Shown here: piece by piece, positions 54,376-62,785 of the stretch
How the letters are laid out: each line of letters starts with the position of its first letter
How positions within the stretch are numbered: the stretch's first letter is position 1
NCBI GenBank assembly: GCA_050633385.1
Contig: JBOEGK010000037.1
Location: 6,606 to 70,605 of the forward strand
DNA length: 64,000 bases
Reading direction: 5' to 3'
Source of the DNA: Hyphomonas sp.
GTDB taxonomy: Bacteria; Pseudomonadota; Alphaproteobacteria; Caulobacterales; Hyphomonadaceae
Notes under the pieces: generated by a model
What the model was told of the DNA's origin: nothing
Databases searched by the model: none
Seen by the model: only the letters and a program-made list of their open reading frames with translations
Made by a program: the position numbers and the translations under genes

Positions 54376-55482
54376 TTAACTTTCCGTCATGTAGGTGCAG
54401 TTGAAGTATATTTCTCCATTGTTTGAGAGGTGAGTCGTTTGAAGCATGAGGTTGATGCCCTCTGGTGCGTTTGAAGCTCCCCAAAGCCTAATGTGGCTGT
54501 GTCCGGGTTCGGTGAAGCCACCCAGTATCGTGACGTCACTTTTCATCGCGAGGCCATTGTACCACGGCGCGAGCATTTGCGCCCGGTACTCTGTTCCGCT
54601 GGCACAGATGAAGGGTAGCCCGTCCACACTGACATGACCATTCAACGTTCCCAAATCGCTCCAGATGATTCGGCCGGTTACCATGACAAGGCGACCTATC
54701 CGTACATAGTGCCCATCATTGGATGTATATGTTGGGGTGCCAGCGTCGATCGATCCAACAAAATTTGGGGTCCAATCACCCTCTTCATAATGTGATAGGG
54801 CGGTGGGAGAGCTGTCAAACCGAATGCCAGAGCTAACATTGAGCATTTGATCAGTGGGATCTACCTGAACTATTGTCTGCCAATTTGTTCCATCAACGCT
54901 CGCTTTTATCGCCAGTTGGTCATCTTGCACCAATCCAATTTCAGCACGACCGACATGGTCGGTTTGAAAGACGATTGAGGCTGTGTGCGTACTATCATCT
55001 TTGTTTACTTTAAGTTGGTGGCTGCCTGTGGTTCCCTCGAATAAACTGGCGTCACTTTTGAGATGCAGGCGGTTCGAAAAATCGGCTGTAGCATTGGGGC
55101 CGATGCTGAGTTGACTCACTTTATCGGCAGTGGACGTGCCGCTCTCGACCGGCGTCCAGCCATCTTGGGTGAAAGAGATCATGGTGCCGAGGGAAACACA
55201 ATACGCTCTCCAACCAATGCGGGGGGAGGTGAGTATCCAGTTCGAGTTTTTCCAGATCGCCAAATACGTATCTTTATCCGCCCAAAGGCCTGTTGCAGAA
55301 GGTGGCACGATGTAGGCATCACCTTCCGCGGGTGATTGAGGTGGCTCCATTAGCTTGTCGTCGATGACCACCAATTGAACGAGGGAGTCTAAAAGTGAGA
55401 GAGCCTCGTTTAACGTAACGTGTTTTTGTGCCTGGTTCGGCATGAGAAAGGGAAGGGATAAGTTCGGGGTTTTAGTGTGCAT
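54376..55482 (-). CDS. DUF2793-domain protein resembling GTA/phage head or tail fibre
   Basis: TPNLSLPFL...QAQKHVTLNEAL..LD.LVQ, PPQSPAEGDAYIV, PRIGWRA, ASIVFQT..GRAEIGL; C-terminal YEEGDWTP...YVRIGRLV fibre-tip-like segment. Confidence 0.85.
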   Translation of the reverse strand: MHTKTPNLSLPFLMPNQAQKHVTLNEALSLLDSLVQLVVIDDKLMEPPQSPAEGDAYIVPPSATGLWADKDTYLAIWKNSNWILTSPRIGWRAYCVSLGTMISFTQDGWTPVESGTSTADKVSQLSIGPNATADFSNRLHLKSDASLFEGTTGSHQLKVNKDDSTHTASIVFQTDHVGRAEIGLVQDDQLAIKASVDGTNWQTIVQVDPTDQMLNVSSGIRFDSSPTALSHYEEGDWTPNFVGSIDAGTPTYTSNDGHYVRIGRLVMVTGRIIWSDLGTLNGHVSVDGLPFICASGTEYRAQMLAPWYNGLAMKSDVTILGGFTEPGHSHIRLWGASNAPEGINLMLQTTHLSNNGEIYFNCTYMTES

Positions 55483-55572
55483 GGGTTTTTCCTTAGGCTA
55501 TATGGTAAGCTTAAGGTGCGATGTAGGCCTGTTGGATAAGGGGCGCGTAAAATCGGTGAATATCGTCAGCGT

Positions 55573-57411
55573 TTATCGCTTCATGCGATTGAAGTTATGC
55601 GTGATCGCCTCGGGGAGGCGGCTCGATTGAAATGTTCGATAGCTGACGTAATTTTCCAGAAATCTTATTGCGTCTTTACTGATTGGTTCGCCGCGTGTTG
55701 TTTGTGCGTGCTGTTCTAGCGCAGTGATTAGTGCGTTTGTTGTATTTGCAACCTTTGTGCACGGAGCATAATCGCTTTTCGCTGTGGTTACCACGGGTTT
55801 TTGATGCAGAAGTGCCTCGAAGCCAACGCCAGAATTCGCAACTATTACAAGGCATGAGGCTGGAATTATGTCATGGATTGGCGCTGTGGTGATAGCTAGG
55901 TTTTTGTACGTTTTGGATAGTTTTTTTAGGAGGTTTTTGGTTTTTAAAGATGTGTCTTTGGGGTGGGCTTTGATGAGGACAGGGTGGTTGGAAACAGAAT
56001 AATATTCGGCAACTGTGCGAATGACGGTTTCGCGATCGATATAGGATAAGCTGGCGACTGTATCGTCGGGTACTTGCAGGGCGATGAAGACAAAATCGTC
56101 CGGGAGTGGATGAGAGTTTGATGCTTGTTGGTATTTGGTTACGCGTTTTTTGACGAACTGTTCTTGCAGGTCAGTCAGGGTGATTGTGTTGGACAACGCT
56201 TTGGTTGGCGAGCTGAGGTCGGGTGTTGTGGCCCAACCTGAATATCCACCTGAATCGAACAAATAATAACCTGGGAGCGCTGATTCTTTGAAGTTGAGTG
56301 CGCGCTGATCAGGGTTTGTGATTGTGTGATAACCTATGAATGGAGATTGATCGTATCCGGATTTTCGTAGATCGAATATTCCTGTCGCGGTGACAGGGGC
56401 GATATACTCGAAATGTTCGGCGGCTTTTTTAACAAGGCTCTCGAAAGCTTCAATATTACTGGACTGTAGCGGGTCTGTTTCAGCTTGGCGCCATTGTGTT
56501 TCTGTCAGTAACCAAAGGGTTAGGCAGGTATTTTTCGTGTCCAATTTTGCGGGAACAATTTTGCCGGTTTTTGTGCATAGCCAATGCTGAACCTCGTTCA
56601 GGGCGTTGGACGTGCTGAGGGAGAGGAGGTCTGTGAACTTTTGCGCTTTGGGGGGCGGCGGTGAAAGCTTTAGGTTGCGGGGGGTGTTGGATAAGGTGCG
56701 GACATCCTGCGCAGAGTTGGCGCGGACGCAGGGAAGACCCGCCCACCAAAGAGGTTGATACGGCGCGCGATTTTCACGCTTGCACGCCGCCAGCATGGCC
56801 TTCAGCAGTGTTTGGTAAAATGTCTGTCGTGACAAACGCTGACAGCCGGAGACTTCGTAAAAATCTCGAATGGCGATCAACTCGTTTACCGAAACATCGT
56901 TGGTGGATAGTCGCGCCAAGGCATCGTTGAGAGCGGCGTCCAATTCGTCAAGTTTGACGTGGCGAACGGCAAAATAATGGCGGGCGAGAAGGCGTTCGTC
57001 ATCTGGGAGTTGGTCAATGAGATCATAGGCTTCGCTGAACCGGTGATCGGCCAGCGCTACATGATAGAAATACCCGTGGCTATTGCAGGGGAGCGCTGCG
57101 AGTGCCCGCTCTTGCGTCGCCCGGTCGCTCGCGAGCTTTAGCGCATTTTGCGCTGTTCGCGCCTGTTTGGAGGATATGCTGCCGGCGAGTATTTTGGGCA
57201 ATAGCCATGTGGTGAGGGGTGGTTGGTTCGCGGGTCTGCGTTCGGCATTTGCGTGCCGGATAAAGTGCCATAACGCGCGCTTGGGTGATGTCGGGACGTC
57301 TGGATTAGCCTGACAATATAGACGGGCATCAAACAGGCCGCTGCGCACTACATTTAGGGCCTTGTAGGCGGCGCTTATGTGCTGAGTGAAGGCGTGCGGC
57401 GATAGCGGCAT
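55573..57411 (-). CDS. Capsule biosynthesis protein with a C-terminal KpsS/KpsC-like domain
   Basis: FVFIALQVPDD, VLIKAHP, NSGVGFEALLHQKPV; N-terminal SGLFDARLYCQANPDV repeat-like motif seen in polysaccharide enzymes. Confidence 0.8.
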   Translation of the reverse strand: MPLSPHAFTQHISAAYKALNVVRSGLFDARLYCQANPDVPTSPKRALWHFIRHANAERRPANQPPLTTWLLPKILAGSISSKQARTAQNALKLASDRATQERALAALPCNSHGYFYHVALADHRFSEAYDLIDQLPDDERLLARHYFAVRHVKLDELDAALNDALARLSTNDVSVNELIAIRDFYEVSGCQRLSRQTFYQTLLKAMLAACKRENRAPYQPLWWAGLPCVRANSAQDVRTLSNTPRNLKLSPPPPKAQKFTDLLSLSTSNALNEVQHWLCTKTGKIVPAKLDTKNTCLTLWLLTETQWRQAETDPLQSSNIEAFESLVKKAAEHFEYIAPVTATGIFDLRKSGYDQSPFIGYHTITNPDQRALNFKESALPGYYLFDSGGYSGWATTPDLSSPTKALSNTITLTDLQEQFVKKRVTKYQQASNSHPLPDDFVFIALQVPDDTVASLSYIDRETVIRTVAEYYSVSNHPVLIKAHPKDTSLKTKNLLKKLSKTYKNLAITTAPIHDIIPASCLVIVANSGVGFEALLHQKPVVTTAKSDYAPCTKVANTTNALITALEQHAQTTRGEPISKDAIRFLENYVSYRTFQSSRLPEAITHNFNRMKR

Positions 57412-57480
57412 GGGTATTTGAGTACCAGACCTCGCTGTGTATGGCGAGGTGAAGAAATCGGGAGGTGAATAAAGGGAATT

Positions 57481-57557
57481 TGGTGGGCCCGGCAGGAATT
57501 GAACCCGCGACCAAACCGTTATGAGCGGTTCGCTCTAACCAACTGAGCTACAGGCCC
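57481..57557 (-). tRNA. tRNA-Ile2 (anticodon CAU, lysidine-modified type)
   Basis: GGGCCTGTAGCTCAGTTGGTTAGAGC...CCGCT-CAT-AACGG...GGTTCAATTCC...GGGCCCACCA. The cloverleaf is clear; Ile2 rather than Met is inferred from the acceptor and anticodon arms. Confidence 0.92.
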
Positions 57558-57631
57558 GATTAGAGGAGACGGTTTAGGGATTTCCGACCGGATTGGCAAT
57601 GCCTATCCGTTGGATAAATCTATTTCGGGGG

Positions 57632-57681
57632 CTCTCATAAAGCTCTCAAAAGACTCTCAAAAGTGTCTCATTTGACTCTCA
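57632..57681. repeat. Five NTCTCA units at exact 11-bp period
   Basis: Units start at 57632, 57643, 57654, 57665 and 57676; an out-of-phase copy at 57696. Confidence 0.7.
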
Positions 57682-57717
57682 TCTGTCCCCCGGTGGTCTC
57701 ATTCGGGGGATAAGTCC

Positions 57718-58569
57718 CTATGTGTGCACCACTTTATGGATGGCATTGAGGTGGGAAAGGAGATTGTCCGCGCCGCTAATCGGCAGGCAGCTTGGGCCGT
57801 CGCAAAGCGCTTTGTCGGGATCTGTATGGAACTCCAAGAAGACGCCATCGGCACCAGAGGCAATGGCTGCGCGCGCGATCACGGCGACCCCTTCGCGGCG
57901 CCCGCCCGTTGAGGCACCTGCTGTTCGCGGGTCAGCGCCCGGCAACTGAACAGCGTGTGTTGCGTCAATGGTGACCGGACAGCCGAGTTTGTGCATTTCG
58001 CCAATGCCGAGCATGTCGACAACCAGATTATTGTACCCAAAGCTCGAACCGCGTTCACACAGGATGACATCGAGATCTGGTGCGGCCTCCCCGATTTTGG
58101 AGACGATGTTCTTACAATCCCATGGGGCGATGAACTGGGCCTTTTTGACGTGCACGACACCGCCAGCAGCGGCGGTTGCTTTCGCGGTGGCGACGACAAG
58201 ATCTGTCTGGCGGCACAGGAAGGCTGGTATTTGAACAATGTCGGCAATTGCGGCGACGGCTTCGGCCTGATCTTCCTCGTGCAAATCTGTACAGATCGGC
58301 GTGCCGAGGGTGGCTTTGACCTTTTCAAGCATTTTGAGGCCTTTGCCGAGGCCCGGCCCGCGATAGGATTTTATGGAGGAGCGGTTGGCCTTATCGAAGC
58401 TGGCCTTAAAGCAATAGGGCAGGCCAAGGCGCTCGCAAATACGTTTCAGCTCTGTCCCGATCTCCAGCGCGAGGCCTTCATCTTCAAGCACGTTCAGCCC
58501 CGCTATCACTGCTAGCGGTGCATCGCCGCCCAAAGCCCAATCATGATTTGAAAGTGAAACGCGGGTCAT
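57718..58569 (-). CDS. kdsA: KDO8P synthase
   Basis: KASFDKANRSS, QIPAFLCRQTDL, CERGSSFGY, DATHAVQ, ALCDGP. Confidence 0.95.
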   Translation of the reverse strand: MTRVSLSNHDWALGGDAPLAVIAGLNVLEDEGLALEIGTELKRICERLGLPYCFKASFDKANRSSIKSYRGPGLGKGLKMLEKVKATLGTPICTDLHEEDQAEAVAAIADIVQIPAFLCRQTDLVVATAKATAAAGGVVHVKKAQFIAPWDCKNIVSKIGEAAPDLDVILCERGSSFGYNNLVVDMLGIGEMHKLGCPVTIDATHAVQLPGADPRTAGASTGGRREGVAVIARAAIASGADGVFLEFHTDPDKALCDGPSCLPISGADNLLSHLNAIHKVVHT

Positions 58570-58795
58570 GAAATATCCTCATATAGAATGGGCAAAAAAG
58601 TTGACGCCAGCTTTGGTTGTATTGGCCCGCGGGGTCAATGGGTCTGCGCTTAACTTTGGTTTAGCTTGCGCTGAATTTCTCGATGACGGGGGCCTATTCG
58701 CTTTTTTACCCAACTGGCCATGAAGTTGCACTAAAGTTCAGCTGTATGTCTAGGATTCCCGTTTTAGGATGGGCTGTGCGGTTTGGATGGATTTG

Positions 58796-59824
58796 ATGAG
58801 TAAGCGTATTTTGGTGACAGGTGGGGCCGGGTATATTGGGTCTCATACATGCGTTGAGCTGATTAAACGTGGCTTTCAGCCGGTCATCGTAGATAATTTT
58901 ATTAATTCCAGCCCGGCCGCGGTGCGGCGCGTCTGTCAGATTACGGGCGTGAACAAGATTCCGCTGATTGAGGCCGATATTCGTGACACGGCGAAGATGG
59001 TTGAGATTATGCGTGAGCATGCGTGTGAAGCTGTCATTCACTTTGCGGGCCTGAAGGCTGTTGGGGAATCCACTGACAAGCCGCTGGAATATTATAGTGC
59101 CAATGTGCAGGGCTCGTTGAGCTTGCTTGAGGCGATGAAAATGGCCGGTGTGGCGCATATCGTCTTCTCGTCTTCGGCCACGGTTTATGGTGAGCCTGAG
59201 TTCTTGCCCTACACGGAGAGCCACCGCCTTTCACCGACCAATCCTTATGGCATGACGAAATATGCCGTTGAGTTGATGTTGAACGATTTAGTGGCGTCAG
59301 ATGTGGGCATAAGTGCCGCAATCTTGCGTTATTTCAACCCGATAGGCGCGCATCCGAGTGGCCTGATTGGCGAAGACCCGAATGATGTGCCCAATAATCT
59401 GATGCCATTTGTGGCGCAGGTTGCCGTGGGGCGCCGGCCGCATTTGAACGTGTTTGGCAATGATTATGACACTGAGGATGGTACGGGGGTGCGCGACTAT
59501 ATCCATGTGGTTGATCTGGCCGAGGCGCATATTGTGGCGCTGGAGAAATTGTTGGAGAGCCGCAACAGCTTCACCGTCAATCTCGGCTCTGGCAAGGGCT
59601 CATCTGTGCTGGATGTTGTGAAGGCGTTTGAGGCAGCAAGTGGCAAGAAGATCAAGGTGCAGTTCGCGCCGAGACGGGCGGGGGATTTGCCCGCGTTCTG
59701 GGCTGATCCAACCTATGCCGAAGAGTTGCTGGGCTGGAAAACATCGCTGACCATGGAAGACATGTGCCGGGATCAATGGGCGTGGCAGAGCCAGAACCCG
59801 CACGGCTATACTGAAGAAAACTAA
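58796..59824 (+). CDS. galE: UDP-glucose 4-epimerase
   Basis: TGGAGYIGSH, HFAGLKAVGES, SSSATVYG, YGMTK, LRYFNPIGAH, RDYIHVVDLA. Confidence 0.95.
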   Translation: MSKRILVTGGAGYIGSHTCVELIKRGFQPVIVDNFINSSPAAVRRVCQITGVNKIPLIEADIRDTAKMVEIMREHACEAVIHFAGLKAVGESTDKPLEYYSANVQGSLSLLEAMKMAGVAHIVFSSSATVYGEPEFLPYTESHRLSPTNPYGMTKYAVELMLNDLVASDVGISAAILRYFNPIGAHPSGLIGEDPNDVPNNLMPFVAQVAVGRRPHLNVFGNDYDTEDGTGVRDYIHVVDLAEAHIVALEKLLESRNSFTVNLGSGKGSSVLDVVKAFEAASGKKIKVQFAPRRAGDLPAFWADPTYAEELLGWKTSLTMEDMCRDQWAWQSQNPHGYTEEN

Positions 59825-59916
59825 GTATCTGCCAATTATAGGGGGCTGACCGCGCCGTCCTTTTCATGCCTTAATGTGATGTATCATATTGAGACAGCTT
59901 GAAAGGGAGAGGTCAC

Positions 59917-60735
59917 ATGGCCCGTATTCGCAATCAATTATTGAGCGCCGCAATCTTCGCATTGACGTTGAGCCCCGTGGCCTGTGCACAGCTTCCCGAT
60001 GCGCTGAACAGCAATCCAGTGCCACAGGCGGGGACAATGATGCAGCAGTATAATTCAAATTCAATTCAGCCAGAGACAACGCTGTCGATTAATGCCGAGG
60101 CGACGGCCAGTCGCGCGCCGGATATCGCGTTTTTGTCGGCGGGTGTGACTGAAGAACGAAAGACAGCAAGCGAGGCAATGCAGGCACAGGCCGCCGCAAT
60201 GAATGGACTGATGCGCGCGTTGGAAGAGGCGGGAATTGAGCCGCGCAATATCCAAACCTCCGGCCTGTCACTTAATCCGCGTTATGACTATGTTCAGACC
60301 AAGACGAAATCTGGCATGCAATCTGGTCAGCAGGTTTTGGCGGGATATGTCGCGTCTAATCAGGTGACGGCGAAAGTGACTGATTTAAGCGCATTGGGCG
60401 AGACGATTGATGCGATGGTTGAGCAGGGCGGCAATCGTTTGAGCGGCATTCGTTTCGGTTTGGAAGATGATAGTGCGGTGAAGGATGAAGTGCGCCGGGG
60501 CGCGATGGAGAATGCTCAGGCGCGGGCGAAGCTGTATGCGGACGCTGCGGGCCTGACGATCAAGCGCATTGTGTCGATTAATGAGGGGGGCACGTATGGG
60601 CGCACGCAAGATCAAGTGATGGTGACGTCGGCGCGTATGAGCATGTCTGCTGAATCCGCGCCGACCCCTGTGTCTGGTGGGGAGTTGGACTATACGTCAA
60701 ATGTAAGCGTTGTGTACGAACTAACCGGCAACTAA
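59917..60735 (+). CDS. Periplasmic SIMPL (DUF541) domain protein
   Basis: Signal peptide, APDIA, NIQTSGLSLNPRY, ARAKLYADAAG, PVSGGE. Confidence 0.88.
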   Translation: MARIRNQLLSAAIFALTLSPVACAQLPDALNSNPVPQAGTMMQQYNSNSIQPETTLSINAEATASRAPDIAFLSAGVTEERKTASEAMQAQAAAMNGLMRALEEAGIEPRNIQTSGLSLNPRYDYVQTKTKSGMQSGQQVLAGYVASNQVTAKVTDLSALGETIDAMVEQGGNRLSGIRFGLEDDSAVKDEVRRGAMENAQARAKLYADAAGLTIKRIVSINEGGTYGRTQDQVMVTSARMSMSAESAPTPVSGGELDYTSNVSVVYELTGN

Positions 60736-60742
60736 GCGCGGC

Positions 60743-61705
60743 TTAGACATATCCATCTGCGAGCAAGTCCTTCATGTCGATCAGGCCGAGGGGCTTGCCA
60801 GTTGCATCGATGACGAAGGCGTTTGAGATGCGATGCTCGGAAAACCGCTTAATCACAACTGACATGCGTTCATCGGGCGCAATGGTGCGCGGGGCGGGGG
60901 TCATCACTGTTTCGGCTGTGCCATCCACGTCGCCCTCAAGCATCGCGCGACGCAAATCGCCATCTGTGACCATGCCGATTAAAGCGCCATTGGCTTCGAT
61001 TACACCGACGCAGCCTTTGCGGCCATCTGTGACGGCGAAGATGGTGTCACGCAGGGCGGTGCTGGCGGCGACGATTGGCATATCGCTGCGCTCTTGAATG
61101 TATTCACCGGCGGTTTGGAGAGAGCGGCCTAGCTTTCCGCCGGGATGGCGAAAGCCGAAATCTTCCTTTGAGAAGCCGCGTCGTTCCATCAGCAAAACGG
61201 TAAGCGCGTCGCCGAGGGCCAGCGACATGGTGGTGGACGAGGTCGGCGCAAGGCCGTTGGGGCAGGCTTCTGGCACTTTCGGTAGGGTGAGCACGACATC
61301 TGACAAGCGGCCCAGCGTTGAGGCGGGTTCACGTGTCATGCCGATGAGCGGAATAGTATTGGCGCGGCAGTAGCGCAGCAGGTCAACCAGTTCCCGGCTT
61401 TCACCTGAATAGGAAATAGCGATCACAACGCTGCCTGGCGTGACCATACCAAGGTCACCATGGCTGGCCTCTGTCGGGTGGAGGAAGAAACTCGGCGTGC
61501 CTGTGGAGGCCAAGCTGGCAGCAATTTTCTGACCGATATGACCGGATTTTCCAACGCCAGCAATGATGACGTGGCGATCGGTGGCCATGATCAGATCGGC
61601 TGCTCTGAGCATTGTCTCATCGAGGCCAAGCTCAAGTGCTTGCAGGGCTTCGCGCTCTATACGAATAACGTTTCGGGCGATGTCGAGTTCAGATGAATCT
61701 GCCAT
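60743..61705 (-). CDS. kdsD: Arabinose-5-phosphate isomerase (KdsD/KpsF/GutQ), SIS plus CBS domains
   Basis: GVGKSGHIG, HPTEASHGDLG, APTSSTT..LALGDAL, HPGGKLG, TDGDLRR. Confidence 0.93.
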   Translation of the reverse strand: MADSSELDIARNVIRIEREALQALELGLDETMLRAADLIMATDRHVIIAGVGKSGHIGQKIAASLASTGTPSFFLHPTEASHGDLGMVTPGSVVIAISYSGESRELVDLLRYCRANTIPLIGMTREPASTLGRLSDVVLTLPKVPEACPNGLAPTSSTTMSLALGDALTVLLMERRGFSKEDFGFRHPGGKLGRSLQTAGEYIQERSDMPIVAASTALRDTIFAVTDGRKGCVGVIEANGALIGMVTDGDLRRAMLEGDVDGTAETVMTPAPRTIAPDERMSVVIKRFSEHRISNAFVIDATGKPLGLIDMKDLLADGYV

Positions 61706-62039
61706 GGGTGGCGGTTTCCGTAAGCCAGTGTGAGCGCGGTGGGGAGGCCCCAATTCGCTTGGATGGCGCACTTTTGTTGGAATTGGCGCTGAAGGGCAAG
61801 GGGTGGGGTGTTGATAGTGGATGAAGCAGGGGATTTAACGTGTTGATTTTGCATCACTTATTAGACTTAGTTGGCGATATGATTTGTCATGAAAGGCAAG
61901 TAAACAAGGCCTCTTGAAAGCTTTCGCTTAAGTCGAATTGAGGTCGTCATAACGTTTAGATTGTTTTTTTACTGAAATTTTACGATTTTCTCCCCACAAT
62001 GACTTAGATAAATAAGTCGTTTCGCGCTGGAGGATAAGT

Positions 62040-62669
62040 GTGACTTTTCCCGCACCAATTACAATTATCTTAGCGCTCTCTGTGCTGATGAATGCTGTTC
62101 TGGCGGTTGCGTTGTTTGTCACTTACAGGAGCAAGCAGGCTGCATCTGTCACCGACGACATCCCGCTTGTTGAAGACGATGAAGAGCCGGAAAATCCTGA
62201 GCCCTTAGTTGACGTTGAGACAGAAAAAATCTGTTTTGAGGTGCAGACAATTTCCAACAGCACGCCGGGTGTTCTGCAAGGTTTAACTGTTCTTGTTGCT
62301 GATGATAATGAGGTGAATATAGATGTTTTGATTGGGATGCTTGAAACCTTCGGGTTGGAGCGCATTGTCATTGCGCGCAATGGCGAAGAGGCGTTTGAAG
62401 CGGCCAAAGAAAACAAAGTTGATATCGCCTATATGGATATTCAAATGCCGAAAATGAATGGCATTGAGGCCTCCAAGAAAATTCTGGGTAAACCGGAAAA
62501 TGTCGGCTTACCCATTATTCCGATCACGGGCTTTTCTCGGATCGTCAATGCGGACATGTGTGAGGAGGCCGGTATGACGGGGTTCCTTCAAAAGCCGGTT
62601 GAGCTGGATGCATTGAGGTTGACCACCATGCTGGCCTTGCGGACGAAGAAAATGCGCACGGTCGCATGA
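62040..62669 (+). CDS. Response-regulator receiver domain with an N-terminal hydrophobic anchor
   Basis: About 25 hydrophobic residues, an acidic linker, then VLVADDN, MDIQMP, LQKP. Confidence 0.85.
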   Translation: MTFPAPITIILALSVLMNAVLAVALFVTYRSKQAASVTDDIPLVEDDEEPENPEPLVDVETEKICFEVQTISNSTPGVLQGLTVLVADDNEVNIDVLIGMLETFGLERIVIARNGEEAFEAAKENKVDIAYMDIQMPKMNGIEASKKILGKPENVGLPIIPITGFSRIVNADMCEEAGMTGFLQKPVELDALRLTTMLALRTKKMRTVA

Positions 62670-62785
62670 TTTTGCGATTTCTTTGATATCGTCCTGTCGA
62701 TGAAAATTGAAACGCATACGGTGAGTAGCGTGACCAAGCAGTAGGTGAATTGCATCCAGAAGACTAGTAATCGAAGGAAAATACG

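Noticed and set aside
57481-57500. attL/attR duplication of the tRNA 3' end
   Set aside because: No second copy was found by eye, and there is no integrase in the window
57481-57557. tRNA-Met call from the CAT anticodon
   Set aside because: It lacks the initiator three G-C anticodon-stem pairs and the 1-72 mismatch; the arms fit Ile2 better, though tRNAscan-SE would be needed to settle it
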